NCBI GenBank assembly: GCA_001599295.1
Contig: BCGN01000002.1
Location: 2,108,001-2,172,000 of the forward strand
Length of the DNA stretch: 64,000 nucleotides
From: Sporopachydermia quercuum
Taxonomy: Eukaryota
Reading direction: 5' to 3'
The notes under the pieces are model-generated. The model did not search any database and had not been told where the DNA came from. It saw only the letters and a program-made list of their open reading frames with translations. Positions 47,968-59,018 of the stretch are shown in pieces (the stretch's first letter is position 1; every line of letters begins with the position of its first letter). Both the position numbers and the translations under genes were made by a program.

Positions 47968-50550
47968 ATGACACGACCCCGAGTGTTTTCTTTTGGTAAA
48001 GTGTCGGTCTCCAGTTCTGGAACAGGCTCCGGTGCAGGCTCCGGTGACGGAAGTGACCTTGATTACGCATATGCTTCACCAGTACTAAGTAACCCTCCGG
48101 TGCCGCCTTCTCCATCGTTCAAATTTTCACCAAAGGACCCTCAATCACCTTTCAATGAAAAAAGGCTATCGCTGCCACCTTTGGGAATACCCAAACGTGA
48201 CGTTCAGTTTGGAAACTCTACAGTTCAAGATCCCCTTACTGGATCTACACCTATCAGTAGTTTAGGTTCCAACAACTCAATGCCTACTAGCCCTATTTCA
48301 AACCATGGTTTAGATACTGGCAGTTCAACAAGTTCTTCTCTACCAGCAACAGGTTTGGTAGCCAATGTCCCCTCAGAACTTGTTCCTATCATTACTCTAA
48401 TCAATGCCCAGCAAGCAAGAGTATACTTGGAAGGTACATTTATGCTTCTGAAAGATATTGAGGGATCTAAACTTTCTCAAGATAGAGAATGGATAGTAGT
48501 ACATGGTAGATTGCAAGGTACAGATTTATCAATGTACTACGTAGAAGATCATACGGTAGCTAATCCTAGACTAGCTCAGAGAATGAATGTTGCGGATTCA
48601 TTCATTAAAGCTTATTCTAGTTTACCTACTGAAGAAGGTTCTGAAATCAAGCATATCTTATCTTTATCATCCACCATGAAAAACAGATATTTACTGCAGT
48701 TCATTTCTTTGCAATCCTTCAACGACTGGCATGCAGCTTTAAGATTGTCTGTGTTTGAATGGAACTCCTTACAACAAGCTTACACGGGAGCGTTACTTTC
48801 TTGTAAGGGATCTCTAATTCAAGATATCAATAACGTTTTAGGCCATAACAGGTTCAAACGAGCTGATTGGGTAGATGTAAGATTTGCNGGCGGTGGCAGT
48901 GAATGGATCAAATGTTATGCTGTTATTACTCCTAGTGAAAGAAAGAAATCCCACAGTCGAGCGANCTCTAACGCTAGTGCTCAAGACGTTCCCAGCAGTA
49001 ATGGAAATGTGATCAGTAGGCTATTCAGAGCTAGAACACCTTCAGGATCATCAACATCCTCTACAAATGATTATCAGAATCCTGAGCAGAAATATGTACC
49101 GAAACGTTTGGGTCGTATCGATTTCTATTCCAGCGAGAAAACTAACAAGAAACATCTTATAGCAAGTGCTACTGCATTAGATGCTTGCTTTGCTGTATAT
49201 CCTTCTACTCCCAAGTTAATCGACTCTTCAGCTGTAATTAAAATGACTGGAACTGTCACGATATATGCTCACGTTCAACAAAATCGACAAGCAGGCAAAC
49301 AGGGAATCTCCTTGACTGCACTAGAAAAACCGGTTACTATTCCCTCTATATACTTAATTCCAAAAGAACATGGAAGCGTTAAAGGGTACGAAACTTTGAT
49401 ACGGTTTTTAATTCCTGTATTTGATGGATTTTTCCTCTACGGAAGACCTACTAAGCTTGCATCAAGTAGATCTAACAACTTGTCTTTATTATTTGCAATG
49501 CCTATATTACCTAAATCACATTATCTGGACTTGAATACTATGGTCAATAAAATAATCATTCCTAATCAACCCATAGCAGAACGTGACAATTGGTCTGAAA
49601 ATGATTGGTCTACTGAATTGAAGGAATATTTAGCCAATAAGATTGCTGTGGATGGCCATGAAGGTGTGGGAAGAGTTTCGACAGTGCTAAGCCCTATCAT
49701 AGCTCAAGGAGCTACATTTGTGGGCCCTCATATATCTCAGTCTTCTAACNTATCAAATGGTGTCATAATTACCAATGAATCAGAAGAATTTATAGATAAT
49801 GGGAGGAAAAATATACTAGCAGATCAAGAAAAGGTGATAACACAAGAAATANTACAGCCAGTTGCAAAAACCTATGAGAGAGAGGTTCGTGTGGAATCAC
49901 AGGTACCATTACAGAATAGCAACTCTGGAATTTATCACCAGGATTTAGTGCCACCATTTTCCCAACTCGAATCATCAGAGGATATTTTATATACTCCCCC
50001 ATCAGAGTTTAGGTCAGAAATACATGTAGAAACTAGGAATTCCTCTTCACAACTACCACAGCAGCTGTCACAAGAATATTTACCAGCTCTGGAACAATTC
50101 ACCCCAAAATCTGTTGCATCTGATAATTCATTTGGCCGTGATCTTGCCAGCATAGCTCCTGAAATTATGAGTGAAGGTAAAGTGACGCCTCGTACATTAA
50201 GTCCGAGAAAATCATATGGATCATTAGCTACAGGGAACAGTTTTGATAGTGAGGTACCTGAAGGAACTGCCAATAGGTCTAGCTTCGGTTTATATAACCA
50301 ATCAGTACGCAGTCCATCAAGTCCATTATCTAATCCTCCTCTCAATAACGGGTTCAATAAAAACTCACCCAGAAATTCAAAACTCAACTTCCAGAATGAA
50401 GAATTGGTATTTGATCTGAATGGTCTACAGATTGCTAAACCTGGAGGAAATTATCCTTATGCTACATTGGCTGTTCCAAGTAATGGTAATAACAATTCAG
50501 ACACATCAGCACCTAGCAGAGGTCTTGGCACACCCTATGAATTCAAATAA
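47968..50550 (+). CDS. Skg3/Caf120 family PH-like domain protein, 860 aa
   Basis: ELVPIITLINAQQARVYLEG, STMKNRYLLQF, W.AALRLS.FE..SLQQAYTGALLS and YETLIRFLIPVFDGFFLYGRP match conserved Skg3/Caf120 blocks. Confidence 0.85.
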   Translation: MTRPRVFSFGKVSVSSSGTGSGAGSGDGSDLDYAYASPVLSNPPVPPSPSFKFSPKDPQSPFNEKRLSLPPLGIPKRDVQFGNSTVQDPLTGSTPISSLGSNNSMPTSPISNHGLDTGSSTSSSLPATGLVANVPSELVPIITLINAQQARVYLEGTFMLLKDIEGSKLSQDREWIVVHGRLQGTDLSMYYVEDHTVANPRLAQRMNVADSFIKAYSSLPTEEGSEIKHILSLSSTMKNRYLLQFISLQSFNDWHAALRLSVFEWNSLQQAYTGALLSCKGSLIQDINNVLGHNRFKRADWVDVRFXGGGSEWIKCYAVITPSERKKSHSRAXSNASAQDVPSSNGNVISRLFRARTPSGSSTSSTNDYQNPEQKYVPKRLGRIDFYSSEKTNKKHLIASATALDACFAVYPSTPKLIDSSAVIKMTGTVTIYAHVQQNRQAGKQGISLTALEKPVTIPSIYLIPKEHGSVKGYETLIRFLIPVFDGFFLYGRPTKLASSRSNNLSLLFAMPILPKSHYLDLNTMVNKIIIPNQPIAERDNWSENDWSTELKEYLANKIAVDGHEGVGRVSTVLSPIIAQGATFVGPHISQSSNXSNGVIITNESEEFIDNGRKNILADQEKVITQEIXQPVAKTYEREVRVESQVPLQNSNSGIYHQDLVPPFSQLESSEDILYTPPSEFRSEIHVETRNSSSQLPQQLSQEYLPALEQFTPKSVASDNSFGRDLASIAPEIMSEGKVTPRTLSPRKSYGSLATGNSFDSEVPEGTANRSSFGLYNQSVRSPSSPLSNPPLNNGFNKNSPRNSKLNFQNEELVFDLNGLQIAKPGGNYPYATLAVPSNGNNNSDTSAPSRGLGTPYEFK

Positions 50551-52361
50551 CAAGAGTGTTTTGAATAGTGGATATAGTATCTTNAATACTTTTTGTATGT
50601 AATCATCATTAGTAGTGAAAGTAGTGGTTTAGCGATTATGGCATGAAAACTGATAAAGTATCTGGTACTACTTTATGAAGAAAGAAACATCAAAAAAGGT
50701 TGCTTTCCAGCTTTGTATTGTTCTTGCTTACCGTTCGAGGGGTGTGTATTATGACGGTCAAATATAACATATCGTAACATTATGTGATATATAATCGTAT
50801 TTGATCAATATAATGAATGGAATATTATTTATCCCTTACCTTGGAAGTTTTAGATGACATAACATGCAAGGAGTTGCAACAATCTATGTCGCATTCGGAT
50901 AATATTCAGACAATATTCCAATAGACCTACTTTTCAGTAAAGGGTTATGAAATCAGAACTCAAAGAGAGGATATTTGCGTACGAATAATGGAATGTCAGA
51001 TGGCAAAAGTGTGAAGAATACTCTGATATGCTGGTAAAACTCTCATTTCATACCAACTCGTAATAACTATAATACTGCTGTTGCTCTTCTCATCTCATTG
51101 GAAATCTTATTAATATGTAACCATTGTTTATCTCAATAGTAAGGCCCCTTATTCTTCTTAAAGCGGTTAGGTACAGTAGGAATATATCTACCGAGATGAG
51201 ATAGGGAGAGTTTAGCAGGAGATAATGGTTGTCATGTTTGTCATGGAATATGGGGGCATAGAATGAAGTTTAGTTGAAAACATGTGAACTGATATGAAAT
51301 GAGTTATCTAGTAGATCAATTTTAGCAGTTACGCTGTTGATTTGACTTGTCATATATTGATAAGAGCTCTAATTAGCTATGTTACTTTGTTTATTCACAA
51401 GTTGAATACTTCACTTGCTGGTGAGATGTATGTACATAGAAGAAGTATGTTGGAAGAAGAATCCGAGGCAATCTCCTAGTAATGTTATTTGAGTCCTGAA
51501 CATTGAATGCAAAACTCATTAGTTTCTATCAACACCTATTCAAACAAAAATTGGATGATACTTTAACGTTACATCATCATTAGTGATGAAGATATTCAAT
51601 GCTAGTTCTTATTCCTCTATATAATCCGGAATTTCACTCCCTTAATCCAGGCATTCAGGGACTTCTAATGACAATTCAATGTCACACTTGCAAAAACAAC
51701 AATATAAACAACGGTAAACATAATAAACAGGAATTGAACCATATTAATCCAATCAACAAGTTTAATACAAAGAAAAATTCCTCTGGGATACTATTCAGTT
51801 TTGTTTACATCAATCCAGATATAGAAAGCGCGCGTCCTAAATTGTAAACAGTCATGTGCAATCCACGTGAGCATTTTCAAAAAATGGTGTTTTCGTGTTT
51901 GTTACTTCAACAACAATAAACTTATATGCATTTAAAGTTTGCCCTATTAATTTTTGCCCTCCATGTCCTTGTCACAGTTACTTCAAATAATGAAACTCTA
52001 ATTGGAAATATTTCACATGTACATGATAAACTTCCTGCTATGTCCCATTTCCCGTCATTTGTACATACATTTTAACTATTTCTTTTATTTTTGTCATTGT
52101 TTCTTTATTTCACCAAACACTTCTTATTGCGTTTGTCAAGAAATTATATATACTCTGTGGTTTCTGGTTTTCTTTCCCTATTGTTTATATGCAGCAGTTA
52201 AGTGTTCCTTTGATTTGTCTATATGATTCATATTATACAATAATTGAATTACAATTTCATAGTTGAATCTATAAGCAATAAAGGTTCAAACGATTGAGTA
52301 GATTACTAAATTAATTTACATTGCCAGACACGAGCGAAAAGAAGAAACACGAACTGTTGTT

Positions 52362-52367
52362 ACGCGT
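52362..52367. promoter_or_regulatory. MCB element (ACGCGT) upstream of RNR2
   Basis: ACGCGT lies about 60 bp before the ATG. A second CGCG core (GCGCGCGT) is near 51828. Confidence 0.4.
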
Positions 52368-52425
52368 CAGTTGAAGATCTAATTGACTTTCATTTATCCT
52401 CTAATCATAACACAGTATCTCTAAA

Positions 52426-53646
52426 ATGACTACTCTTGAAACACCATCTAAATCTACAGCTAAGGCTTTAGATGTCCTAGCATTGGATTCTCCTGTCAAG
52501 AAAGATCTTACTGCTACTTTAAAGGAAGCCGCCGCCAGAAAGGAGGCTGCTGCTGGAATCAAGACTGAAGTTGAAGAACTCAACGAAGAAGATAAAGCTC
52601 ACAAGAAGTTCTTGGAATCCCATAAAGTTCATAGACATAAGCTCAAGGCACTTGAAGTTGACGAACCCTTGTTAAAGGAAAACGATAAAAGATTTGTTCT
52701 TTTCCCAATTAAATATCATGAAATCTGGCAAATGTATAAGAAAGCTGAAGCTTCCTTCTGGACTGCAGAAGAGATTGACTTAGGAAAGGATGTTCATGAT
52801 TGGGAAAACCGTTTGAATGACAATGAAAGATTTTTTATTTCAAGAGTCTTAGCTTTCTTTGCTGCATCTGATGGTATTGTTAATGAAAATTTAGTAGAAA
52901 ACTTCTCAGCTGAAGTTCAACTTCCTGAAGCCAAGTGCTTCTATGGTTTCCAAATCATGATGGAAAACATCCACTCTGAAACTTACTCCTTACTGATTGA
53001 TACTTATATCAAGGACACAAAGGAAGCAGATTATTTATTCAATGCTATTGAAAACATTCCATGCATCAAACAAAAGGCTGAATGGGCTTTACGATGGATC
53101 AATGACGATGAAGCATTGTTTGGTGAAAGATTAGTTGCCTTTGCTGCTGTTGAAGGTATTTTCTTCTCGGGCTCGTTTGCTTCTATCTTCTGGCTCAAGA
53201 AGAGAGGTTTAATGCCTGGTCTCACATTCTCTAACGAATTGATCTGCAGAGATGAAGGTTTACATACTGACTTTGCTTGCTTGTTATTCTCTCATTTGAA
53301 CAACAGACCTGACGCTGTTATTGTTGAAAAGATCATTACTGAAGCTGTCGAAATCGAAAAGGGCTACTTCACCGATGCTTTGCCTGTCTCTTTATTAGGT
53401 ATGAACTGCAAGCTCATGTGTCAGTATGTTGAATTTGTTGCAGATAGATTACTTCTTGCTTTGGGCAACAAGAAGGTTTACAACTCTTCCAATCCATTTG
53501 ACTTCATGGAAAATATCTCTTTGGCTGGTAAAACTAATTTCTTCGAAAAGAGAGTTTCTGATTATCAAAAGGCTGGTGTTATGGCTGGTACCAAGAAGCA
53601 AACTGGAGGTGAAGAATTAGGTTTTGGTTTAGATGAAGATTTCTAA
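52426..53646 (+). CDS. RNR2: Ribonucleotide reductase small (R2) subunit, 406 aa
   Basis: The iron ligands and radical Tyr are all present: [32 protein letters not shown] and RDEGLH. The C-terminus is LDEDF. Confidence 0.97.
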   Translation: MTTLETPSKSTAKALDVLALDSPVKKDLTATLKEAAARKEAAAGIKTEVEELNEEDKAHKKFLESHKVHRHKLKALEVDEPLLKENDKRFVLFPIKYHEIWQMYKKAEASFWTAEEIDLGKDVHDWENRLNDNERFFISRVLAFFAASDGIVNENLVENFSAEVQLPEAKCFYGFQIMMENIHSETYSLLIDTYIKDTKEADYLFNAIENIPCIKQKAEWALRWINDDEALFGERLVAFAAVEGIFFSGSFASIFWLKKRGLMPGLTFSNELICRDEGLHTDFACLLFSHLNNRPDAVIVEKIITEAVEIEKGYFTDALPVSLLGMNCKLMCQYVEFVADRLLLALGNKKVYNSSNPFDFMENISLAGKTNFFEKRVSDYQKAGVMAGTKKQTGGEELGFGLDEDF

Positions 53647-54777
53647 ATCAGTTCATGTTACGATAAGATTTCTTTCAAAGGAAATTTAAAAAATTAGCAC
53701 TACACATACCCTTTGTATTATTAGTATAAGTATATTTTATGCCTTGTTTCTGATCTATTGATTTATTGCTTTAAAGGATTTGGTTCGTGATCATGTTATC
53801 GGTCCTCAATTCCTGTCATTTTTGTTTCATTTATTTTGTTTTATGAATACTTTGTCCGCGGGTTTGGTTGTGTATTTCTCTTTATCTATACAGTAATTTT
53901 ATACATAATGAATTATTAATTGCATTGAAATGGAAAGTACTGTAGACTACTGTATCGACTACGACAAGCCGAAATTGGTAGTGTTTTCTAATAAACTGAC
54001 TCAGCAGAAAGGATAAAGGGTTTAGATATTAGTTATATAAGTTATAGAACTAAGGGTATAGTAGTGCTGACAAGGAATATAATCGTTTGCATGAATTACT
54101 AGCTACTTCGTGTGATCTTTGTCTGATGTCTCTTAAGCATCCTAGTTTCCCGATTATTGCTATTTGAAAGAGAAAATCTGAAATGGGGTTGTGGTTTAAT
54201 GCTTAACGGTGCATGATTCGACATGGTTCTAGCTTACCCAAACAATGCTGGGAAATACTTAATGATCGAGATATCAATCTCGATTGTAACAAACTACAAA
54301 CTAGAGATTTGTGGCATTACCTAGTTACCCTATAAGTAGATTTAACTGAACCGTTAGAACCGTCAAGGAAGCTTACGCATGTACATATATGTACATAAAC
54401 ATGCAGAAGCTTCCAGCCCACAAGCCGTATTAAAATTTCCGTTATTTAATCTTTATCCTCATACATCATCTCCTATCTATTCATCACAACACCTTTTTCG
54501 TACTTTTTCTTCTTTCTATTTCAAACTTCTACAGCATCATAATTCTATTATCATCTACTTACCATATATTAGTCCAATCTACAACAAAATAGTATATAAC
54601 CTCTTTGAAACCAGTCCGATTCAATACAAATCTGTCCCAAGCTAATAGGTGCCACACTTCATAGAATTCTACAATATCCATAATTCATTCTCTGATATCA
54701 ACTGATTGCTTATCTCCCTATTATTACTAATTCTGTCACTGGACCGAGAGAGAAGCTATCAAAGACTCAAATCCAGA

Positions 54778-56312
54778 ATGTCAATTCGACCTGCTACGCA
54801 TGCTGGTTCCTGGTATAGTGGTTCCAAAACAGTCTTAGATGCTCAGCTGGATAAATTTCTACAGTCAGTGNAGTTTCAGGGCTGTAAAAAGAATGCAAGA
54901 ATTCTTGTTGGCCCGTAAGTATTAGAAATACGAATTCTAGATTGGAAACTTTGAGATTGGTGTTATTTCTGTTCAACTTCTAGCACCCTGCTTCTCTTCT
55001 AGGTCTTCTGTTGCTCAATTAGTAGTCCTCTAACATTTTTGAAGACATGCAGGTTATAGTTATGCTGGTAAAACATTAGCTGAAACATATAAAGCTTGGG
55101 ATCCAACTGGATGTAAGAGAGTGTTTATCTTAGGACCATCACATCATGTGTATTTCCATGGAGGAAAACTTTCAGCGTTTGATTATTATGAGACACCATT
55201 AGGTGATTTGCCTGTCGATGTTGAAGGTATGTATTAAAGACTTTATGATACCGAACTTAGGGGGATTGATGGTAGAGCCTGATTTGATCTTAACTGGGAG
55301 ACAAATGTTATGATCATGTGTTGATTACAACTAACATTTAATAATAGTTGTTAATGATCTTAAGAAGAATAAAAAGCTGTTTGAAATGATGACCACACGG
55401 GAAGATGAAAACGAACACAGCTTCGAAATGCATATGCCTTTTCTTTTCAAAGTTTCTGAACAGTGAGTATCAAAATGCGAAAAAATACAAGTGAATCTGA
55501 ATCTGAGCTATTAATGTACTTTTACATGCAATCTCTATCAATTCTATTTTAAATCAAACAAGCATTGCAAACTAGCACTGCTATCGAACAAGCTCATTTA
55601 TATATATTAACATAGGTGATTTGCATCTCCCACCAGGTTACCAAATGGTCCACCAAGTATTATTCCTATAATGATTGGTCAAACAACTGTTGAATATGAG
55701 CAAGAACTTGCAAAAGTATTGGCTGATTACTTAAAAGATCCTGCAAATACGTTTGTTGTATCAACGGATTTTTGTCACTGGTAAGTTTCTAATAACTGTT
55801 GTCTTGCACTATATATTATTGATGCCACTTATGATTCTGGCATGTCATTATTTTTATTACTACTTTTTTCCCATTGAATCTCCTCCCACATCCTTATTAT
55901 TACTAACACTATAAAACTATATTCTAGGGGAAGAAGATTTGATTATACTGCGTATTGTTCTGATAAATCGATCGCATCATTGACTTACCTAAACTCCTCT
56001 TTTGACCATAAATCAACAGCTGCAATGAATTTTCCAATCCATAAATCAATTGAGTTTTTGGATCGAACAGCTATGAAGGTTTTATCTACAGGTTCTTATT
56101 CAGAGTTCAAAGATTATATTGAAATGACAGACAATACAATATGTGGTAGAAAGCCGTTGAGTATTTTATTAGCTAGCATTGCCAATGTTGTTGGTAAGAA
56201 ACATAGTGCTGGTTCAGGCAAACTAGAATGGATTGGATACTCGCAGAGCAACGAGGTTACCAGAGTTAATGATGGCAGTGTTAGTTATGCTAGTGGATAT
56301 GCTACTTTATGA
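54778..56312 (+). CDS. MHO1: MEMO1-family protein, 320 aa, 4 introns
   Basis: Exons 54778..54914, 55045..55226, 55348..55462, 55637..55780 and 55928..56312 total 963 nt. Motifs RPATHAGSWY, PHAGYSY, LGPSHH, EHSFEMHMP, STDFCHWG, NTICG and SVSYAS are rebuilt across the junctions. Confidence 0.93.
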
Positions 56313-56902
56313 ATTTGTGGATTGTTTTTGTGGGCAGGAATAGGTCAAGTCAGGCTATGTTAGGTTAGGCTGGTTCATGTTAGATTGGTTCTGTTTAGGC
56401 TATGATGAGTTGGAATTGGATGCAACAGTTTACTTGAGAACTGTATTGATAATGAATTAGATACTGAGAATTTGGAATAAATCGTATAGAAATTGTTAAG
56501 ACTAGTCATAGAATTATGCTCAATCGATAGTATTCTTGTCAGATGTAAGCGATGCGTCTTTATTGTTAACCCATTAGTCTGACAATTGGCTAGCTCCTTA
56601 AATATGTCATTCATCAGTTAAATTGTTAATTGTTCATATACAGAATAGATCATGATTTTAGGAACTATTGCTTGAAGTATTTTTGTAAGTAAGCCAAATT
56701 AGGATCTAATTATTGTTAGTAAGAGTTTGATTAGTATTCATCTTTGCCTTTAAAGTTGTCATGGCATAATTCATATTATTGTATTACAGTGCATCTATTT
56801 ATCTACGTCCCTTCCTTAACATAACAAATATCTAACTACCTTCTATTTGAATTGTTTCCGTTCCGTTTATTCGTACAAACTATAACTCATTATATATCAT
56901 TA

Positions 56903-58003
56903 TTATGCATTTACTTTCTCCGACCCACTTTCAGTAGCTAGTTGCCTTAAATTCAGTTCAATCAACTTCTTATCACCTAAATATTGAATGAAATCCAGTA
57001 TGGTGTCACTATCCATATCAACATCTCTTTTAACAAGCATTTTGTACAACGACGGTAATTTTGCTTTGCTTCTCCCATATTGTGCACGCAACTCTGGTAA
57101 CTGAAAATTAGGTGCGTATAAATTATATTTCTTAATTGCAATTCCATCTATCAGTACTGTTTGGAAAGGGGGGCCATTTGGTTCATTTCTGTTTTTATTC
57201 TTGAAGATATTATCGGTATTACTATTATTACTTTTGGCATTGCTGGAAGTAGTATCATGCGAATATCTACATCTATTTCCATTCCTACATTTACCGTTTT
57301 TCAAGAAAAATCTGCAAATAGGCTTCGCTAGTTTGCCATTAGTCGTTTCAGTGGTTGTTTTGCTTTCTTCGTTATCATCTATATTACTTGATTCGTCAGT
57401 TGGGAATTCATTTTTTTCCATTTCCTCCTTCTCGGCAATCCGTTTCTTTGTCGGCCAGTTTCTCTTCCGTTCCTCGATCCATCTTTTCGTATCTTCTTCA
57501 GTTTTGAGCAGGATAGAAGTGCCTGGAATTGGAATTGGGATGTTTGGTCTTTTCGATTTGCAGTTAATGAAGGTCTCCTCGTCACCAAGCAGCTCCTCGA
57601 TATCAACTCCTGAATCCACATTAAGGTCAACAAAGGAACAATGACTACTTGTCTGATAAATTTTGTGTGATAATTCACTTTCTTTGTTCTTATTTTCAAG
57701 TTTCTGTTTTGTCGTGTTGCCTGACAGTTCGTTCTTTTTTCTCTTGCTATTGTTGTCGTGGTCAGTGTTATTTGGAACATTCTTCGGCGTTTTAGGCAGC
57801 GATGGAGGCCTCTTACTTGACAAGCCTGATGCAATGTTGATGCTACTAATACCAGAGTCTAACTGCTGATTATTATTCTTACCTTTCCTCTTCCTATTCT
57901 TATTAAGGTTGCTATTAGTATTGTTTTCGTTGGTCGGATTAGACGGGTCATTTGACCTAGAAGGTGGAGCCGGAGGCGGTGGGGCATAGATATAATCATC
58001 CAT
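56903..58003 (-). CDS. RSA1: Rsa1/NUFIP1 box C/D snoRNP assembly factor with a CCCH zinc finger, 366 aa
   Basis: NUFIP1/PEP motif IPGTSILLKTEEDTKRWIEERKRNWPT and a C-x8-C-x5-C-x3-H finger (CRFFLKNGKCRNGNRCRYSH). The first true ATG is at 58003. Confidence 0.82.
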   Translation of the reverse strand: MDDYIYAPPPPAPPSRSNDPSNPTNENNTNSNLNKNRKRKGKNNNQQLDSGISSINIASGLSSKRPPSLPKTPKNVPNNTDHDNNSKRKKNELSGNTTKQKLENKNKESELSHKIYQTSSHCSFVDLNVDSGVDIEELLGDEETFINCKSKRPNIPIPIPGTSILLKTEEDTKRWIEERKRNWPTKKRIAEKEEMEKNEFPTDESSNIDDNEESKTTTETTNGKLAKPICRFFLKNGKCRNGNRCRYSHDTTSSNAKSNNSNTDNIFKNKNRNEPNGPPFQTVLIDGIAIKKYNLYAPNFQLPELRAQYGRSKAKLPSLYKMLVKRDVDMDSDTILDFIQYLGDKKLIELNLRQLATESGSEKVNA

Positions 58004-58595
58004 AGGGAAATAGGATAAGCGTATATGATTCTGCAAAACAGACCTCTAAGCTNTTGATACCAGTTGTGTTTTGAGTGTGTCTACACGTCTCCAGTTTTTT
58101 GAATATGGTTCTTTTCTTGTGATAGTTTTTCATAAATTATACAGCTTTCGATCAAATGTGATTAGTGGTGCTAAAATATCTAGAATGCTTCCAATACAAA
58201 CAATAATTTTTCAGACCTATGAATATCACGTGGTTAATCATGTGATATATATGGGCTGTGATTTTGTCATGACACATCAGAGAGTGTCTGTCATTTAGTA
58301 AGATCAAATGAACAAGGATACTATTTGGTTATCTATGCAATGCACTTTGCGCATGAGCTTTTTTTCTTTGCTTACCACATTTTTGTTTTATTGTCTTTTC
58401 ATCAGAACTTAAAACGTAGCCATCAAGAATAAAATAAAAATGAAGTTTAACACATTGATTGATGTTTATAGTAGTACTTCCATTGATGTCAAATGTAATA
58501 ATAATTAGTCACGACAAACATATAGCAATCATATTGTATATCACGTAATCATAAATACTCTACATTTTTCACATGCATTTCTGCCTTGTTGAGAT

Positions 58596-58642
58596 CACAA
58601 ATTGATTCAATTTTACACAGAAACATTGGATAACACACAAAA
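58596..58642 (+). promoter_or_regulatory. Two MSE-like (Ndt80, CRCAAAW) sites upstream of the FKS gene
   Basis: CACAAAT at 58596-58602 and CACAAAA at 58636-58642. A third copy (CACAAATA) lies just inside the 5' ORF at 58824. Confidence 0.4.
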
Positions 58643-58797
58643 GCAGAAAGTATATAAACAATTACAATCCCCCTTTCACGTTTGTTTGTCTTATAAATCA
58701 TCGTTCATTTTATTATGTCTTACTGTTGTGCATTGTTTGTTGATGCTTGGATCTTTCTGAGTTCAGCAAGCAAGTCTAAGGGCTGAGTATTCCAACA

Positions 58798-58956
58798 ATG
58801 ACAAATAATCTGCAATTGAGCCACACAAATAGGAAGGCCAGTAGTAAGGATGGCCATACTTCATCGGTTACGATGGAGGATAGTTTAAAGACGGTAAGCT
58901 CATCTGAAGCAAGACGAAAAGTGGAAGAAGAAATAGACGAAGACGAAGACGAAGAC

Positions 58957-59018
<62 letters not shown>

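Noticed and set aside
52426..53646. RNR4-type inactive small subunit
   Set aside because: The iron-ligand motifs and the radical Tyr are intact.
838..58232. CACGTG (Cbf1/CDEI-like) motifs as a point centromere
   Set aside because: None is followed by a long, extremely AT-rich CDEII and a CDEIII-like palindrome. They sit in ordinary promoter positions.
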